From an uncultured Candidatus Rokubacteria bacterium (GTDB taxonomy: Bacteria; Methylomirabilota; Methylomirabilia; Rokubacteriales; CSP1-6), in NCBI GenBank assembly GCA_963758635.1, contig CAVWWD010000003.1, forward strand, positions 448,001-512,000: a stretch of DNA of 64,000 nucleotides. Reading direction: 5' to 3'. The stretch's first letter is position 1; each line of letters opens with the position of its first letter. Both the position numbers and the translations under genes were made by a program. The notes beneath the pieces are model-generated. The model saw nothing but the letters and a program-made list of their open reading frames with translations. It was not told the DNA's origin and ran no database searches. Below, one piece after another: positions 1 to 10,033 of this stretch.

Positions 1-473
1 TCCGCGGTCTGGATCTGCCCCTTGAAGGCGGGGTCGAGGAGGTCCATCCACGAGGTGGGCGCCTTGACGTTGCTTCTCCTTGAGGAGCTTCGCGTTCGAC
101 ATGAAGAGCAGCGTGTTCTTGCTGACCGCCGTGTAGTAGGCGTCCTTGTCCTTCAGCTCAGCGGGGATGCGGTCCCACGTGGGCGACTCTGTACGGCTCG
201 ATGATCCCCGCTTCCTTCGCCGCCGCGAAGCCGTCGCCGGGCGCGCCCCAGATAGACGTCGGCGCGCGGGTTCCCCTTCTCGGCGGTGGCGCGGGCCACG
301 AGCTCGCCCGTGGAGAGGCGGAGGAAGTTGATCTGCACGCCCGTCTTCGCGGTGTAGGCCTTGAAGATCGGCTGCGAGAGCGATTCCGGCCACGCGGTGT
401 ACACGTTGATCGTGTCCGCCGCGTTGGCGGCCATCGGGAGCAGGAGCAGGAACGTGAGCGCCAGGACGAGCAT
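1..473 (-). CDS. ABC transporter substrate-binding protein (Fe3+/phosphonate-type), 5' part; frameshift near 255; runs off window edge
   Basis: Signal peptide, then INVYTAWPE...LSTGELVARATAEKGNPRAD; continues in another frame as IWGAPGDGFAAAKEAG. Confidence 0.8.
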
Positions 474-708
474 GGCCGCCTCCTCGTACGACGGGTGGGC
501 ATCGGACGGAGCCGGCCGCCCGAAGCGGCCGTACCCGGTCCAGTCACGGCGGCAATAGTGACACGGGCCGCCGCGGCCTTTCCAGGAGATTGCCGAGGAA
601 GCGCGACACCCGTTGCGTTCCTCGCTCCGATCGCCGTGGGATCGCGCTCCCTTCCTCGACGACGCCCGGCGGATGACAGGCCGCGCCCGTCCGTGTACCT
701 TCTCCCGC

Positions 709-1653
709 GTGACTCACGACGTGACGGCCGACCAGCTCATCAGGATCCTGTCCACGAATCTGCCGCCCGTGGTGCGCTGGGCGGGCGCGATCGCCCGGCA
801 GCTCCGCCACCACGACATCGCGCTCGGCGGCAAGGCCTCCGGCTTCGCCGACACGGATGCGCTCACGCTCACGGACCTCTCCGTCCAGGAGCTGCTGGTG
901 GCCGCCCTCCGCGACATGGGGCCGGCGATCCGCCAGTGCCGCATCGAGGCGGAGGAGGGCTCGGGGGATCTCGGTCGGTTCGCCCGCGAGGGCGAGTGGA
1001 CGCTGGCCATCGATCCGATCGACGGCACGCGCGAGTACCGGGACCGCACCGGCTCCGGCTACTCGGTGATGCTGCACCTTCGGAATCCGGAGACCGTCGT
1101 CTACTCGCTCGTGTACCTGCCGGAGATGGGCGATGGCGGGACCTGGCTCGAGGCGCGGCCGGACCGCGTCGTGCTCGGACCGGACGACGCCGGCCGCCCG
1201 GCCCGCGCGCTCCTCGACGCTCTCTCGCCGCTCGGCGCCGTGCGCCGGCCGGGAAGCCGCCGGATCCTCGTCAGCGGCTTCCTGGGCCGAGAGCGGGAAC
1301 GTGCCCGCGAGGTGACGGCGGCCGGGCTCGAGGGCGTCCTCGGCGGGGAGACCGGCGGCAGCCTGTTCCCCTTGCTCGCGGGCGGTGACCTGGCCGGCGC
1401 GGTCTACCACACGCCCAACGTCTACGACTTTCCCGTCTGCCTGCACCTGGCGAGGCTCCTCGGAGGCGACGCGGTGTGGGCGCACGACGGCCGCCCGGTC
1501 GACTTCCGCCGCGTGTGGCGCGACGAGCGCTCCGGCATGCTGCGGCTGCCCGGCATCGTCGCCTGCGCGGTCGACCCGGCGATGCTCCCTCCGCTGGCCG
1601 AGGTCGCGCGGCGCTGGAGCCCCGAGCGCTACGCCGCGGCCCCGCGACCGTAG
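709..1653 (+). CDS. Inositol monophosphatase family protein
   Basis: Motifs D-x-x-VQE, IEAEE, IDPIDGT and YDFP; GTG start 7 nt after TACCTT. Confidence 0.85.
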   Translation: MTHDVTADQLIRILSTNLPPVVRWAGAIARQLRHHDIALGGKASGFADTDALTLTDLSVQELLVAALRDMGPAIRQCRIEAEEGSGDLGRFAREGEWTLAIDPIDGTREYRDRTGSGYSVMLHLRNPETVVYSLVYLPEMGDGGTWLEARPDRVVLGPDDAGRPARALLDALSPLGAVRRPGSRRILVSGFLGRERERAREVTAAGLEGVLGGETGGSLFPLLAGGDLAGAVYHTPNVYDFPVCLHLARLLGGDAVWAHDGRPVDFRRVWRDERSGMLRLPGIVACAVDPAMLPPLAEVARRWSPERYAAAPRP

Positions 1654-1662
1654 GATCCGCGC

Positions 1663-1763
1663 ATGGTGCCGCTGGTCGGATACACGGATCGGTTCTCGGC
1701 CGCTACGACAACGCCGTGTCCCGCATCCTGAAGAACGTCATCGACCGCTTTCGGAGGAGATAG
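1663..1763 (+). pseudogene. Internally deleted remnant of an N,N-dimethylformamidase large-subunit-like gene
   Basis: MVPLVGYTDRFSA joined out of frame to YDNAVSRILKNVIDRFRRR*; both pieces resemble the termini of this family as I recall them. Confidence 0.55.
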
Positions 1764-1765
1764 CC

Positions 1766-2431
1766 ATGAGCCGTCACATCGACCTCTCGGTGACCGTCGA
1801 CGACACCACCATGAGCCCGCCGTCCACCAACATGCGGCTCGAGGTCACGCCGCACCGTCGCGGGCCGGGGTTCTGGCAGGTCTCGAGCGTGCATCAGAGC
1901 CTGCACACCGGCGCCCACATCGACTCGCCGCTCCACGTGTTCAAGAACGGCATCACGACCGCGGAGATCTCCCTGGACCAGGTGATGGGCGAGGCGATCG
2001 TGGTGGACCTCTCGTTCGCGGGCGCGAACCACGCCATCACCATCGACGACCTCAAGAAGGGTGGGGCCGAGGACGTCCGCCGGGGCGACATCGTGCTCCT
2101 GCGCACGGACTGGACCGACACGATGTACGGGCGGTGGCCCGACTACTTCACGCAGTCTCCGTACTTCCCCCCGGAGACGGCGCAGTGGCTGGTCGACCGC
2201 GGGCCCAAGAACGTCGGCTTCGACTTCTTCGAGGAGTACTGCGCGCGGCTGCCCGACTTCTCGTCGGAGGACTTCGCGATGCACCGGGTGATCCTCGGCG
2301 CGGGCGTCGTGATCATGGAGGGGCTCACGAACCTGGGCGCGCTGCCGCGGCGTCGCGTGGAGTTCGCCGCGCCGTTCTACAAGATCGCGGGCACGGAGGG
2401 CGCGCCGGCGCGCTTCTTCGCCACCGTCTGA
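1766..2431 (+). CDS. Cyclase family metal hydrolase (kynurenine formamidase-like)
   Basis: HTGAHIDSPLH motif, MEGLTNL, GTEGAPARF; RBS GGAGGAG. Confidence 0.9.
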   Translation: MSRHIDLSVTVDDTTMSPPSTNMRLEVTPHRRGPGFWQVSSVHQSLHTGAHIDSPLHVFKNGITTAEISLDQVMGEAIVVDLSFAGANHAITIDDLKKGGAEDVRRGDIVLLRTDWTDTMYGRWPDYFTQSPYFPPETAQWLVDRGPKNVGFDFFEEYCARLPDFSSEDFAMHRVILGAGVVIMEGLTNLGALPRRRVEFAAPFYKIAGTEGAPARFFATV

Positions 2432-2460
2432 GCGGCCCGGCCCGCGCGGGCCCGGCCGCG

Positions 2461-4164
2461 CTAGTGGTCGAAGTGAAACAGCACGGTGGCCCGGCCGCCG
2501 CGGTGACTCGCCTCCACGCGGTCGGCGTAGCGGCGCAGCATGTACCCGGCGAGCTTCCTCTGCCCGTCCTCGGAGGCGATGATCTCCTCGTTGCTCGGAC
2601 GCCGGTCGGGCAGCTCGAGCGGCGCGCCGTCGTACGACACGCGCACGTCCAGGCTGAACTCGTCGAAGGCCGCCTCGATCGCCAGCGGCCCCTGAGGCTC
2701 GCAGGCGTCCGCGATGGTCTCGATCGACTGGGCGAGGTTGAAGCGCGCGCGATCGATCACGTCGGAGCGCGCGCCCCAGCCCGCGCCGTGCTCGTCCAGG
2801 AACTGGTCCGTGGCGCCCGCGCTCGGCTCGCGCGGATCCACGACGATGGTCGCCCGCCGCTTCATCCCCAGGCGGAACAGCGCGTTCAGCCCGATGGCCG
2901 ACAGCGTCCCCAGCACGAGCGACGTGCTGAAGAGGGGCCGGACGCCGGCCGGCAGGCCATCGAACACGCCGGGGAACAGGTCCACCGCCAGCCCGAGCAT
3001 GAACGACGCGCCGACCACGAACGTGCGCCGGGCGTCGAGCATCCGCGACGTGATGATCTGCAGCCCGTTGACGAAGATGAAGCACGCGGAGAAGACGAGG
3101 GCGGCGCCGATCACCGGGGGCGGCATGGCGAGGAGGACCGCGCTCACCTTGGGGAGGAAGGCGGTGGCGAGGAAGATGCCGCCGATGGCCCATCCCACGC
3201 GGCGGCTCGTCACCCCCGTGGCCCCCGCCAGCCCGATGCTGCTCGTGTACGTGGACACGCCGACGGTGCCGAGGAGTCCGGCGAGGACGTTGGTGACCCC
3301 GTTGGCGAGCACGCCCCGCTCGAGCGCGGCCAGGTCCGGCCGTACCCACTCCGCGTCGTTGATCTTCTGGGTGATCGTGAGGTCGCCCATGACGCGCACG
3401 ACGGAGCCCAGCGCGGCCACGACGAACGGCACGACCAGCGCGGCGTCGAAGGCCCATCCCGCCCGCGGCGGGCGCGGCACGTGCACGATCGGGGCGACGA
3501 GGACGCGATCGAGCTCGGGCGCGCCCAGGATCCCGACCGCCGCCGCGGCCGCATAGCCGACACCCATGCCGATCAGGGCGCAGAACAGGCGGGTCACCCC
3601 CTGCGTCCACACGTTGAGCGCCACCATCACCGCGAACGTCACGACGGCGACGGCGATGCCCGCGCCGCCCGCGCCGCCGGGCGTGTCGACACCCAGCACC
3701 GTGCGCAGGCCGAGCGAGCCGAGGGCCACGCCGATCATCACCACGACGAACCCGCAGATCTCCGGGGGGAAGAACGGGCGCAGCGCGCGCAAGCCGCGCG
3801 AGAGCGCGATCTCTCCGAGGCCGCCGAGCAGGGTCATGCCCGCCATGGCCGCGGGGCCCCCGATCTTGACGGCCAGGATCGCCGGCGTGAGGTAGGTGGC
3901 CGTGAACACGACGGGGCTCAGGACACGAGCGCCGACGGGACCGCGCGGAAGCGCCTGGAGGACGGTCCCCAAGGCGAGCACGAGCATCGACACACTCAGC
4001 AGGTCGAGCGACTCCTCCGGGGAGAGGCCGGCCTCGCGCCCGACCAGGAGCGGGAAGACGAGGATCACGGACACGAGGCCCACGTGCTGGAGGCCGCTCA
4101 GCACCGTGATCCCGGTCGGCGGAATGTCCTCGACCCCGTAGACGATCCCGCTCGGTTTCTTCAT
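2461..4164 (-). CDS. NCS2 xanthine/uracil permease with C-terminal HATPase-like extension
   Basis: LSGLQH, multiple TM segments, SIGLAGATGVTSRRVG; soluble C-terminal ~130 aa. Confidence 0.85.
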   Translation of the reverse strand: MKKPSGIVYGVEDIPPTGITVLSGLQHVGLVSVILVFPLLVGREAGLSPEESLDLLSVSMLVLALGTVLQALPRGPVGARVLSPVVFTATYLTPAILAVKIGGPAAMAGMTLLGGLGEIALSRGLRALRPFFPPEICGFVVVMIGVALGSLGLRTVLGVDTPGGAGGAGIAVAVVTFAVMVALNVWTQGVTRLFCALIGMGVGYAAAAAVGILGAPELDRVLVAPIVHVPRPPRAGWAFDAALVVPFVVAALGSVVRVMGDLTITQKINDAEWVRPDLAALERGVLANGVTNVLAGLLGTVGVSTYTSSIGLAGATGVTSRRVGWAIGGIFLATAFLPKVSAVLLAMPPPVIGAALVFSACFIFVNGLQIITSRMLDARRTFVVGASFMLGLAVDLFPGVFDGLPAGVRPLFSTSLVLGTLSAIGLNALFRLGMKRRATIVVDPREPSAGATDQFLDEHGAGWGARSDVIDRARFNLAQSIETIADACEPQGPLAIEAAFDEFSLDVRVSYDGAPLELPDRRPSNEEIIASEDGQRKLAGYMLRRYADRVEASHRGGRATVLFHFDH

Positions 4165-4293
4165 GCGTGTACGGTACACGTTTTTCGCGCGCGCAGCGCC
4201 GTCCGGCCTCCCGTTGCCGGGGGACATGGGGTAAGCTCATGAGGCCTCGTTCGTTTGACACGCCGTTCACCTCACTGGAGGAGTGGAGACCGC

Positions 4294-5931
4294 ATGAAAG
4301 CCGCCGCCGCCATCGCCGAGATCCTCAAGCGCGAGGGAGTGGAGTTCCTCATCGGCTATCCCGTCAACCCGATCATCGAGGCCGCCGCCGAGGCCGACAT
4401 CCGCACGATCATCGTCAGGCAGGAGCGGACCGGCCTGCACATGGCCGACGCGGTGAGCCGGATCAGCTCGGGCGACCGGATCGGCGTCTTCGCCATGCAG
4501 CACGGGCCGGGCACGGAGAACGCGTTCGGCGGCGTGGCCCAGGCCTACGGCGACTCGGTGCCGATCGTCGTGCTCCCCGGTGGCTACCCGCGGCGCATCA
4601 CCAACATCCAGCCGAACTTCAACGCGTTCCTGAACTTCCAGCACATCACCAAATGGTGCGAGCAGGTCACGATGCCCGACGCGGTGCCGGACGCCATGCG
4701 GCGTGCGTTCACCCAGGTGAAGAACGGCCGCCCGCGGCCGGTGCTGGTCGAGTTCCCGGTGGACGTGCTCCGCGAGGAGGTGCCCGAGCCGCTCGCGTAC
4801 ACGCCGGCGCCGCGCCTGCGCACCGCCCCCGACCCGCGCGACGTCTCGCGCGTGGCCGAGGCCCTTGTCGCCGCAGAACGGCCCGTCATCTACGCGGGGC
4901 AGGGCGTGCATTACGCGCGGGCGTGGCCGGAGCTGCGCGAGCTGGCCGAGCTCCTCGAGGCGCCGGTGACGACGAGCCTCCAGGGCAAGAGCGCCTTCCC
5001 CGAGAGCCACCCGCTGTCGCTCGGGTCGGGCGGGCGGTCCATCTCCAAGCAGCTCCACCACTTCCTGAAGAACGCGGATCTCATCTTCGGCATCGGCTGC
5101 AGCTTCACCACGACGAACTACGGCGTGGCCATGCCCAAGGGCACGAAGATCGCGCACGCCACGCTCGACCCCACCGACATCAACAAGGACATTCCCGTCG
5201 ATCTGGCCCTGGTCGGCGACGCCGGCCTCACCCTGCGCGCGCTGGTGACCGAGGTGAAGGACCGGCTCAAGGGCGGGCCGCGCGGCCGCTACGGCGACGT
5301 GACCCAGGAGATCAAGAACCTCAAGACGGAGTGGCTGGCGCAGTGGATGCCGCGCCTCACCCAGGACACGAAACCGCTGTCGCCCTACCGCGTGATCTGG
5401 GACCTCATGCACACCGTGGACGTGGCGAACACGATCATCACCCACGACGCGGGCAGCCCGCGGGACCAGATCTCCCCGTTCTGGGAGCCGACCGCGCCGC
5501 TCTCCTACATCGGCTGGGGCAAGACCACCCAGCTCGGCTACGGGCTGGGCCTCGCCATGGGCGCCAAGCTCGCCGCGCCGGGGAAGACGTGCATCAACGT
5601 GTGGGGCGACGCGGCCATCGGCTTTACCGGGATGGACTTCGAGACGGCGGTGCGCGAGCGCATCCCGATCATGTCCGTGCTCCTCAATAACTTCTCGATG
5701 GCCATCGAGCTCAAGATCATGAAGGTCGCCACCGAGAAGTATCGCTCCACCGACATCAGCGGCGACTACGCGGCGATGGCGCGGGCCTTCGGCGGCCACG
5801 GCGAGCGGGTCACGGAGCCGCGGGAGATCGTGCCCGCCATCCGGCGGGCGATGAAGAAGACCGAGGAGGGCGTGCCCTGCCTGCTGGAGTTCATCACGGA
5901 GAAGGCGGAAGACTTCTCCATGTTCTCGTGA
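4294..5931 (+). CDS. Thiamine pyrophosphate-requiring enzyme (acetolactate synthase-like superfamily)
   Basis: VRQERTGLHMAD, HGPGTEN, GDAAIG...LLNN TPP motif. Confidence 0.9.
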   Translation: MKAAAAIAEILKREGVEFLIGYPVNPIIEAAAEADIRTIIVRQERTGLHMADAVSRISSGDRIGVFAMQHGPGTENAFGGVAQAYGDSVPIVVLPGGYPRRITNIQPNFNAFLNFQHITKWCEQVTMPDAVPDAMRRAFTQVKNGRPRPVLVEFPVDVLREEVPEPLAYTPAPRLRTAPDPRDVSRVAEALVAAERPVIYAGQGVHYARAWPELRELAELLEAPVTTSLQGKSAFPESHPLSLGSGGRSISKQLHHFLKNADLIFGIGCSFTTTNYGVAMPKGTKIAHATLDPTDINKDIPVDLALVGDAGLTLRALVTEVKDRLKGGPRGRYGDVTQEIKNLKTEWLAQWMPRLTQDTKPLSPYRVIWDLMHTVDVANTIITHDAGSPRDQISPFWEPTAPLSYIGWGKTTQLGYGLGLAMGAKLAAPGKTCINVWGDAAIGFTGMDFETAVRERIPIMSVLLNNFSMAIELKIMKVATEKYRSTDISGDYAAMARAFGGHGERVTEPREIVPAIRRAMKKTEEGVPCLLEFITEKAEDFSMFS

Positions 5932-6043
5932 GCCCGGGCGCGTGGCCCAGTCATGAACGCGCGCAGCGGGCCGCCGCGCCGCTCAGGGGCCGTCTTCTTT
6001 CGCGAATGATGCGGACCGGCAGGCAACCTGTGGGAGGAGCGTC

Positions 6044-6928
6044 ATGACGGCACGCGGCATCAAGGTGGTGCGCGAGCATCTCGCCAAGCATCCGGCGCCC
6101 TCGACGATCGCGGCGCGCCGGGCCCAGTACGACCGCGCCGAGCGCGTGTTCAAGACACCGCCCGACGTGAGGATCGAGGCCGTCACCGCGCCTTCCGTGC
6201 CCGCGGAGTGGCTGGTGCCGCCGGGGGCGCGGACGGACGCTGCCGTGCTCTACCTCCACGGCGGCGGCTACGTGATCGGCTCGCCGCGCTCGCACCGCCA
6301 CGTGGCCGCGGCGATCGCCGCCGCGGCCGGCGTCGCCGCGCTCTTGCCCGACTACCGGCTCGCGCCCGAGCATCCGTTCCCCGCCGCGGTGGAGGACGCG
6401 ACGGCGGCGTACGAGTGGCTCCTCGGCCGGGGCATCGCGCCCGGACGCATCGTGGTCGCGGGCGACTCGGCGGGCGGCGGCCTGACCGTGGCCACCCTGC
6501 TGGCGCTGCGAGACCGCGGGCGCCCGCGGCCCGCCGCCGGCGTGTGCATCTCGCCGTGGGTCGACATGACGTGCAGCGGCGCCAGCTACGTGACGCGCGC
6601 CGAGGCCGATCCCATGGTGAAGCGCGAGGGCATCGTGGAGATGGCCGCCGCCTACCTCGCGGGCGCCGACGTGAAGACGCCGCTGGCCTCGCCGCTGCAC
6701 GCCGACCTCTCCGGCCTGCCGCCGCTGCTCGTCCAGGTCGGCCGGGACGAGGTGCTGCTCGACGACTCCACGCAGCTCGCCGCCCAGGCGAAGACCGCGG
6801 GCGTGGACGCGACGCTCGAGGTGTGGGAGGACATGATCCACGTCTGGCACTGGTTCCTGCCCATGCTGGACGAGGCTCAGCGCGCCGTCGCGCGCATCGG
6901 GGAGTTCGTCAAGGCCCGGATGTCCTGA
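6044..6928 (+). CDS. Alpha/beta hydrolase, HSL-family esterase
   Basis: HGGG, YRLAPEHPFPAA, GDSAGG, DMIHVW. Confidence 0.92.
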   Translation: MTARGIKVVREHLAKHPAPSTIAARRAQYDRAERVFKTPPDVRIEAVTAPSVPAEWLVPPGARTDAAVLYLHGGGYVIGSPRSHRHVAAAIAAAAGVAALLPDYRLAPEHPFPAAVEDATAAYEWLLGRGIAPGRIVVAGDSAGGGLTVATLLALRDRGRPRPAAGVCISPWVDMTCSGASYVTRAEADPMVKREGIVEMAAAYLAGADVKTPLASPLHADLSGLPPLLVQVGRDEVLLDDSTQLAAQAKTAGVDATLEVWEDMIHVWHWFLPMLDEAQRAVARIGEFVKARMS

Positions 6929-6978
6929 CCGCCGCCGCCCCCGCGGGGGGCGCCCCGGTCGATCGCCGGCGACGCCGG

Positions 6979-7815
6979 TCAGCGCCGCTCGGCGGTGACC
7001 GGCTCGCCCTTCCGCCCGGACTCGAGCTGGGTGAAGGCGCCGGTAAGGGTGCGGGCGTCCCGTCCGATGGCGAAGCGCCCCGCGTAGCGATAGCGCGGGT
7101 TGTTGAACACGAGCTGAAGCGTCAGCTCCACCGCGTCTCGCTCCACCCGTCCCGTCCCCTTCTTCCAGACCTCTCTGGACTGGTAGTGGACCTCATCCAC
7201 GGTGATCTCGCGCCCCTGCTGGCGGATCACCCAGTGGCTGCCGTCCGGGAGAAGCCACGTGCCGGCGAGATCGGGCACGCGCGCCCACCACGACCATGCG
7301 CCCGCGCCGGCCACCAGGAGGAGCAGGAGGGCGACCGCGCCCCACGCGAGCGACCGCCGGCGGCCGGTGCGGAGCGCGATGGCCAGGCGAGTCACGTCGT
7401 TGTCCCAGCGCGGATCGGTCAGCTCGACGGCCTGCCGCGAGGCGAGCGGCGCCAGCTCGGCCGGAAGCTCGGCCGCCTCCGGCATCCGCGCTCCCTCGAC
7501 GAGCACGGGGACGACGCGGCAGCCGCGCCGGAGCGCCGCCGCGATCTCCAGTCGCACCAGGTCCTGGGGATCCTCGAGACGTCGCCGCCCGTCGGCATCG
7601 GCTTCCGTGAGCCATGTGCGCCCGATCACGGCGAGGAGCACGTCGGAGCGCGCGATGGCGTGGTCGATGGCCGCGACGTAGTCCGACCCCGCCGCGATGC
7701 CCTCCACGTCGCGGAACACGCGGTGGCGCCCCACGCGCTCGGCGAGGTCGTCGGCGAGGCGTCCCGCGTAGCCCGAGGTGTCGGCGCGACGGTAGCTGAT
7801 GAAGATCGTGGCCAT
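6979..7815 (-). CDS. TIR domain protein with TM helix and small C-terminal domain
   Basis: IFISYRRAD, VFRDVEGI, VRLEIAAAL, VVPVLV; TM segment LAWGAVALLLLLVAGAGAW. Confidence 0.88.
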   Translation of the reverse strand: MATIFISYRRADTSGYAGRLADDLAERVGRHRVFRDVEGIAAGSDYVAAIDHAIARSDVLLAVIGRTWLTEADADGRRRLEDPQDLVRLEIAAALRRGCRVVPVLVEGARMPEAAELPAELAPLASRQAVELTDPRWDNDVTRLAIALRTGRRRSLAWGAVALLLLLVAGAGAWSWWARVPDLAGTWLLPDGSHWVIRQQGREITVDEVHYQSREVWKKGTGRVERDAVELTLQLVFNNPRYRYAGRFAIGRDARTLTGAFTQLESGRKGEPVTAERR

Positions 7816-8018
7816 GAGATGAGGACGGAGCGTCTCGTACGACCATAGGGCACCGCGCGGAGCTCACGCAAGGGAACGGGGGGGCCGCATCGTGCTGTTC
7901 GGGGACTACGTGACGCGCCGGCACGCCGAGTGGTTCCGCGTGCACATGCCGCTCTGCCTGCGGAACACGGGCGGGGCGCTGTGGATCGAGCGGGCGGCCT
8001 GAAGGAGGCGGCCGACGC

Positions 8019-9968
8019 TCAGCCCGGCGGCCGCGCCGTCGACGCGCGGTAGATCGACACGCGGGGAAGGCTCCACGAGGGCCCGACCTCGGCGACCTTG
8101 ATGGCGTGGGCGAGGAGCCAGTCGGCGAGCGCCGGGCCGTCGTCCCAGCGCTCGAGCACCACGATCCACGTGCGTGCTCGCGGCGCCCGCCCGCGGGGCA
8201 TCGCGAGCGTGGTGGGGTCCATCTCGTCCACCGCGCCCTCGTTCCAGTAGTGCCGCAGGGGATACGCGGCGCCGAGCCGCGCCACCACGCGCTCGCCCGG
8301 CGTGACGAGGCCGTCGAGCAGCCCGGCCACCGTGCGCCAGTCCGGGCCTTCCCGCAGCCGGTAGTAGGCGCCGAGGTCGGCCGCGCTCGAGCCGGCGACC
8401 ACCAGGAGGACCGCGCCGGCCGCGGCCGCCGCGCCCCAGCGCGCCCACGGCCGGAACGTTCTCGCCCACGCCGCCTCGGCTGCGCCGCGCACGGCCCGGC
8501 CCACGGCGACGACGCCGTGCGCCACGAGCAGGAACAGGACGGGCTGCAGGAAGGCGAGGTGGCGACCAGCCAGGAAGTGATACGGCTGGGCCGCCCAGAT
8601 GATCGCGAGCGGCGCGGTTAGCCAGAGCCCGGCCACCGCGCCGGCGCGCGGCCGCCGCCAGAGCGCGAACAGCATGCCCGCCGCGGCGAGCCCCAGAGCC
8701 ACGTCACCCGTGGGCCCGGGCCCGACCAGATGAGGAGCGACCACGCCCCAGAGGAGATCGGCGAGCGCGCCGGGCGCGACCACGCCCGTGCCGACGTGCT
8801 GCGCGGCCTGGCGCAGCAACAGCGGCCGCCACGGCAGCAGCAGGAGCGCCCAGAGCCCGAAGGCGAGCACGGCCCGGAGACCGCCCCGCCCGCGCGCCGC
8901 GGCGATCCACGCCAGTGCGATCGCGGCGTACACCGCCACCGTGACGAATCCCAGGTAGTGGGTGTAGCAGCTCACCGCGGTGAGGGCGGCCCAGGCGAGC
9001 CACGCGGTGGCCCGCCCCCGCTCGAGGGCCTCCACCAGGGCCAGGAGCCCGAGCACGGTGAGCAGGACGAAGATCGCGTACGGCCGCGCGAGCTGGGAGA
9101 TCTCGATGTGGAATGGCGACACGGCCAGGAGCGCGGCGGCGATGAGCCCGGTCGCCGGGCCGAGCAGGCGCCGGCCGAGGAGCCCGACGGCGGCCACCGT
9201 GGCCGCGCCGGCGAGAGCGAACGGCACGCGAAGCGCCTCGCCGTCGGCGTGGCCGGTGAGCCACCCGGCCAGGTACTGGACGGGAGGGTGGCCGAACACG
9301 TGCGGGGCGTAGAGCGCCCACGCGAGGCTCTGGGCGCCGATGGCGGTGAGGATCTCGTCGAACCAGAAGCCGTGGCTGATCAGCGTACGGAGGCGGAGGG
9401 CGATCCCCGCGGCGGCGATCGCGGCGAGCGCCAGCGTCCACGCGTCGGGGCGCCAGGCGCCACGCCGGCAACCGCGCGCGATTGCGGCGGCCGCGGCGAC
9501 GGCCATCAGCCCGAGGGCCACGACGAGACCGCGGAGCGCCACCAGGTGAGACCAGCCGTAGCCTTCGGTGAGCCGCGCGTCGCCGAGGGCCCAGGTCATG
9601 GGCGGACCGTCGACCATGCGGATGGTGAGCCGGCCGCCCGGGTCGAGCGGAGGCAGCGTGGGCCAGATGAGCTGGTTCCAGCCCCTATGGACACGCCGTC
9701 GCCAGCTCATCTCCGCGCCCGCGTTCCATGGGGCGCCCGCCTCGAGCACGGCCCAGGCCGGCGCGCCGTCGGACGGATTCCAGTAGAGCCAGAGCGACAG
9801 CATGTGCTCCGGCGCCTGATCGGGATCGAGGGCCAGGACCGCGGTCTGCCCGGCGACGGAGTGCGCGGCGCCGGGACCACCGAGGATCCCCCAGGCCGAG
9901 AGCAGCACGACGACCACGGCCAGGGCCACGGCGAGCGTGGAGACGGCCCGCAGGTCGGCGGCCGGCAT
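8019..9968 (-). CDS. Membrane glycosyltransferase, GT-C/PMT-like (GT39)
   Basis: GFWFDEILT, HPPVQY, SQLARPYA, YTHY; many TM helices. Confidence 0.8.
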   Translation of the reverse strand: MPAADLRAVSTLAVALAVVVVLLSAWGILGGPGAAHSVAGQTAVLALDPDQAPEHMLSLWLYWNPSDGAPAWAVLEAGAPWNAGAEMSWRRRVHRGWNQLIWPTLPPLDPGGRLTIRMVDGPPMTWALGDARLTEGYGWSHLVALRGLVVALGLMAVAAAAAIARGCRRGAWRPDAWTLALAAIAAAGIALRLRTLISHGFWFDEILTAIGAQSLAWALYAPHVFGHPPVQYLAGWLTGHADGEALRVPFALAGAATVAAVGLLGRRLLGPATGLIAAALLAVSPFHIEISQLARPYAIFVLLTVLGLLALVEALERGRATAWLAWAALTAVSCYTHYLGFVTVAVYAAIALAWIAAARGRGGLRAVLAFGLWALLLLPWRPLLLRQAAQHVGTGVVAPGALADLLWGVVAPHLVGPGPTGDVALGLAAAGMLFALWRRPRAGAVAGLWLTAPLAIIWAAQPYHFLAGRHLAFLQPVLFLLVAHGVVAVGRAVRGAAEAAWARTFRPWARWGAAAAAGAVLLVVAGSSAADLGAYYRLREGPDWRTVAGLLDGLVTPGERVVARLGAAYPLRHYWNEGAVDEMDPTTLAMPRGRAPRARTWIVVLERWDDGPALADWLLAHAIKVAEVGPSWSLPRVSIYRASTARPPG

Positions 9969-10033
9969 CTCGTCGGCGCGGGTGTGGCGCGGCGGGTGGC
10001 CGGCGCCCGCAGAGGAGGACACGGAGCGCGCGG

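Noticed and set aside
6979..7815. Thoeris or other TIR defence operon
   Set aside because: No ThsA-like effector or other defence genes adjacent
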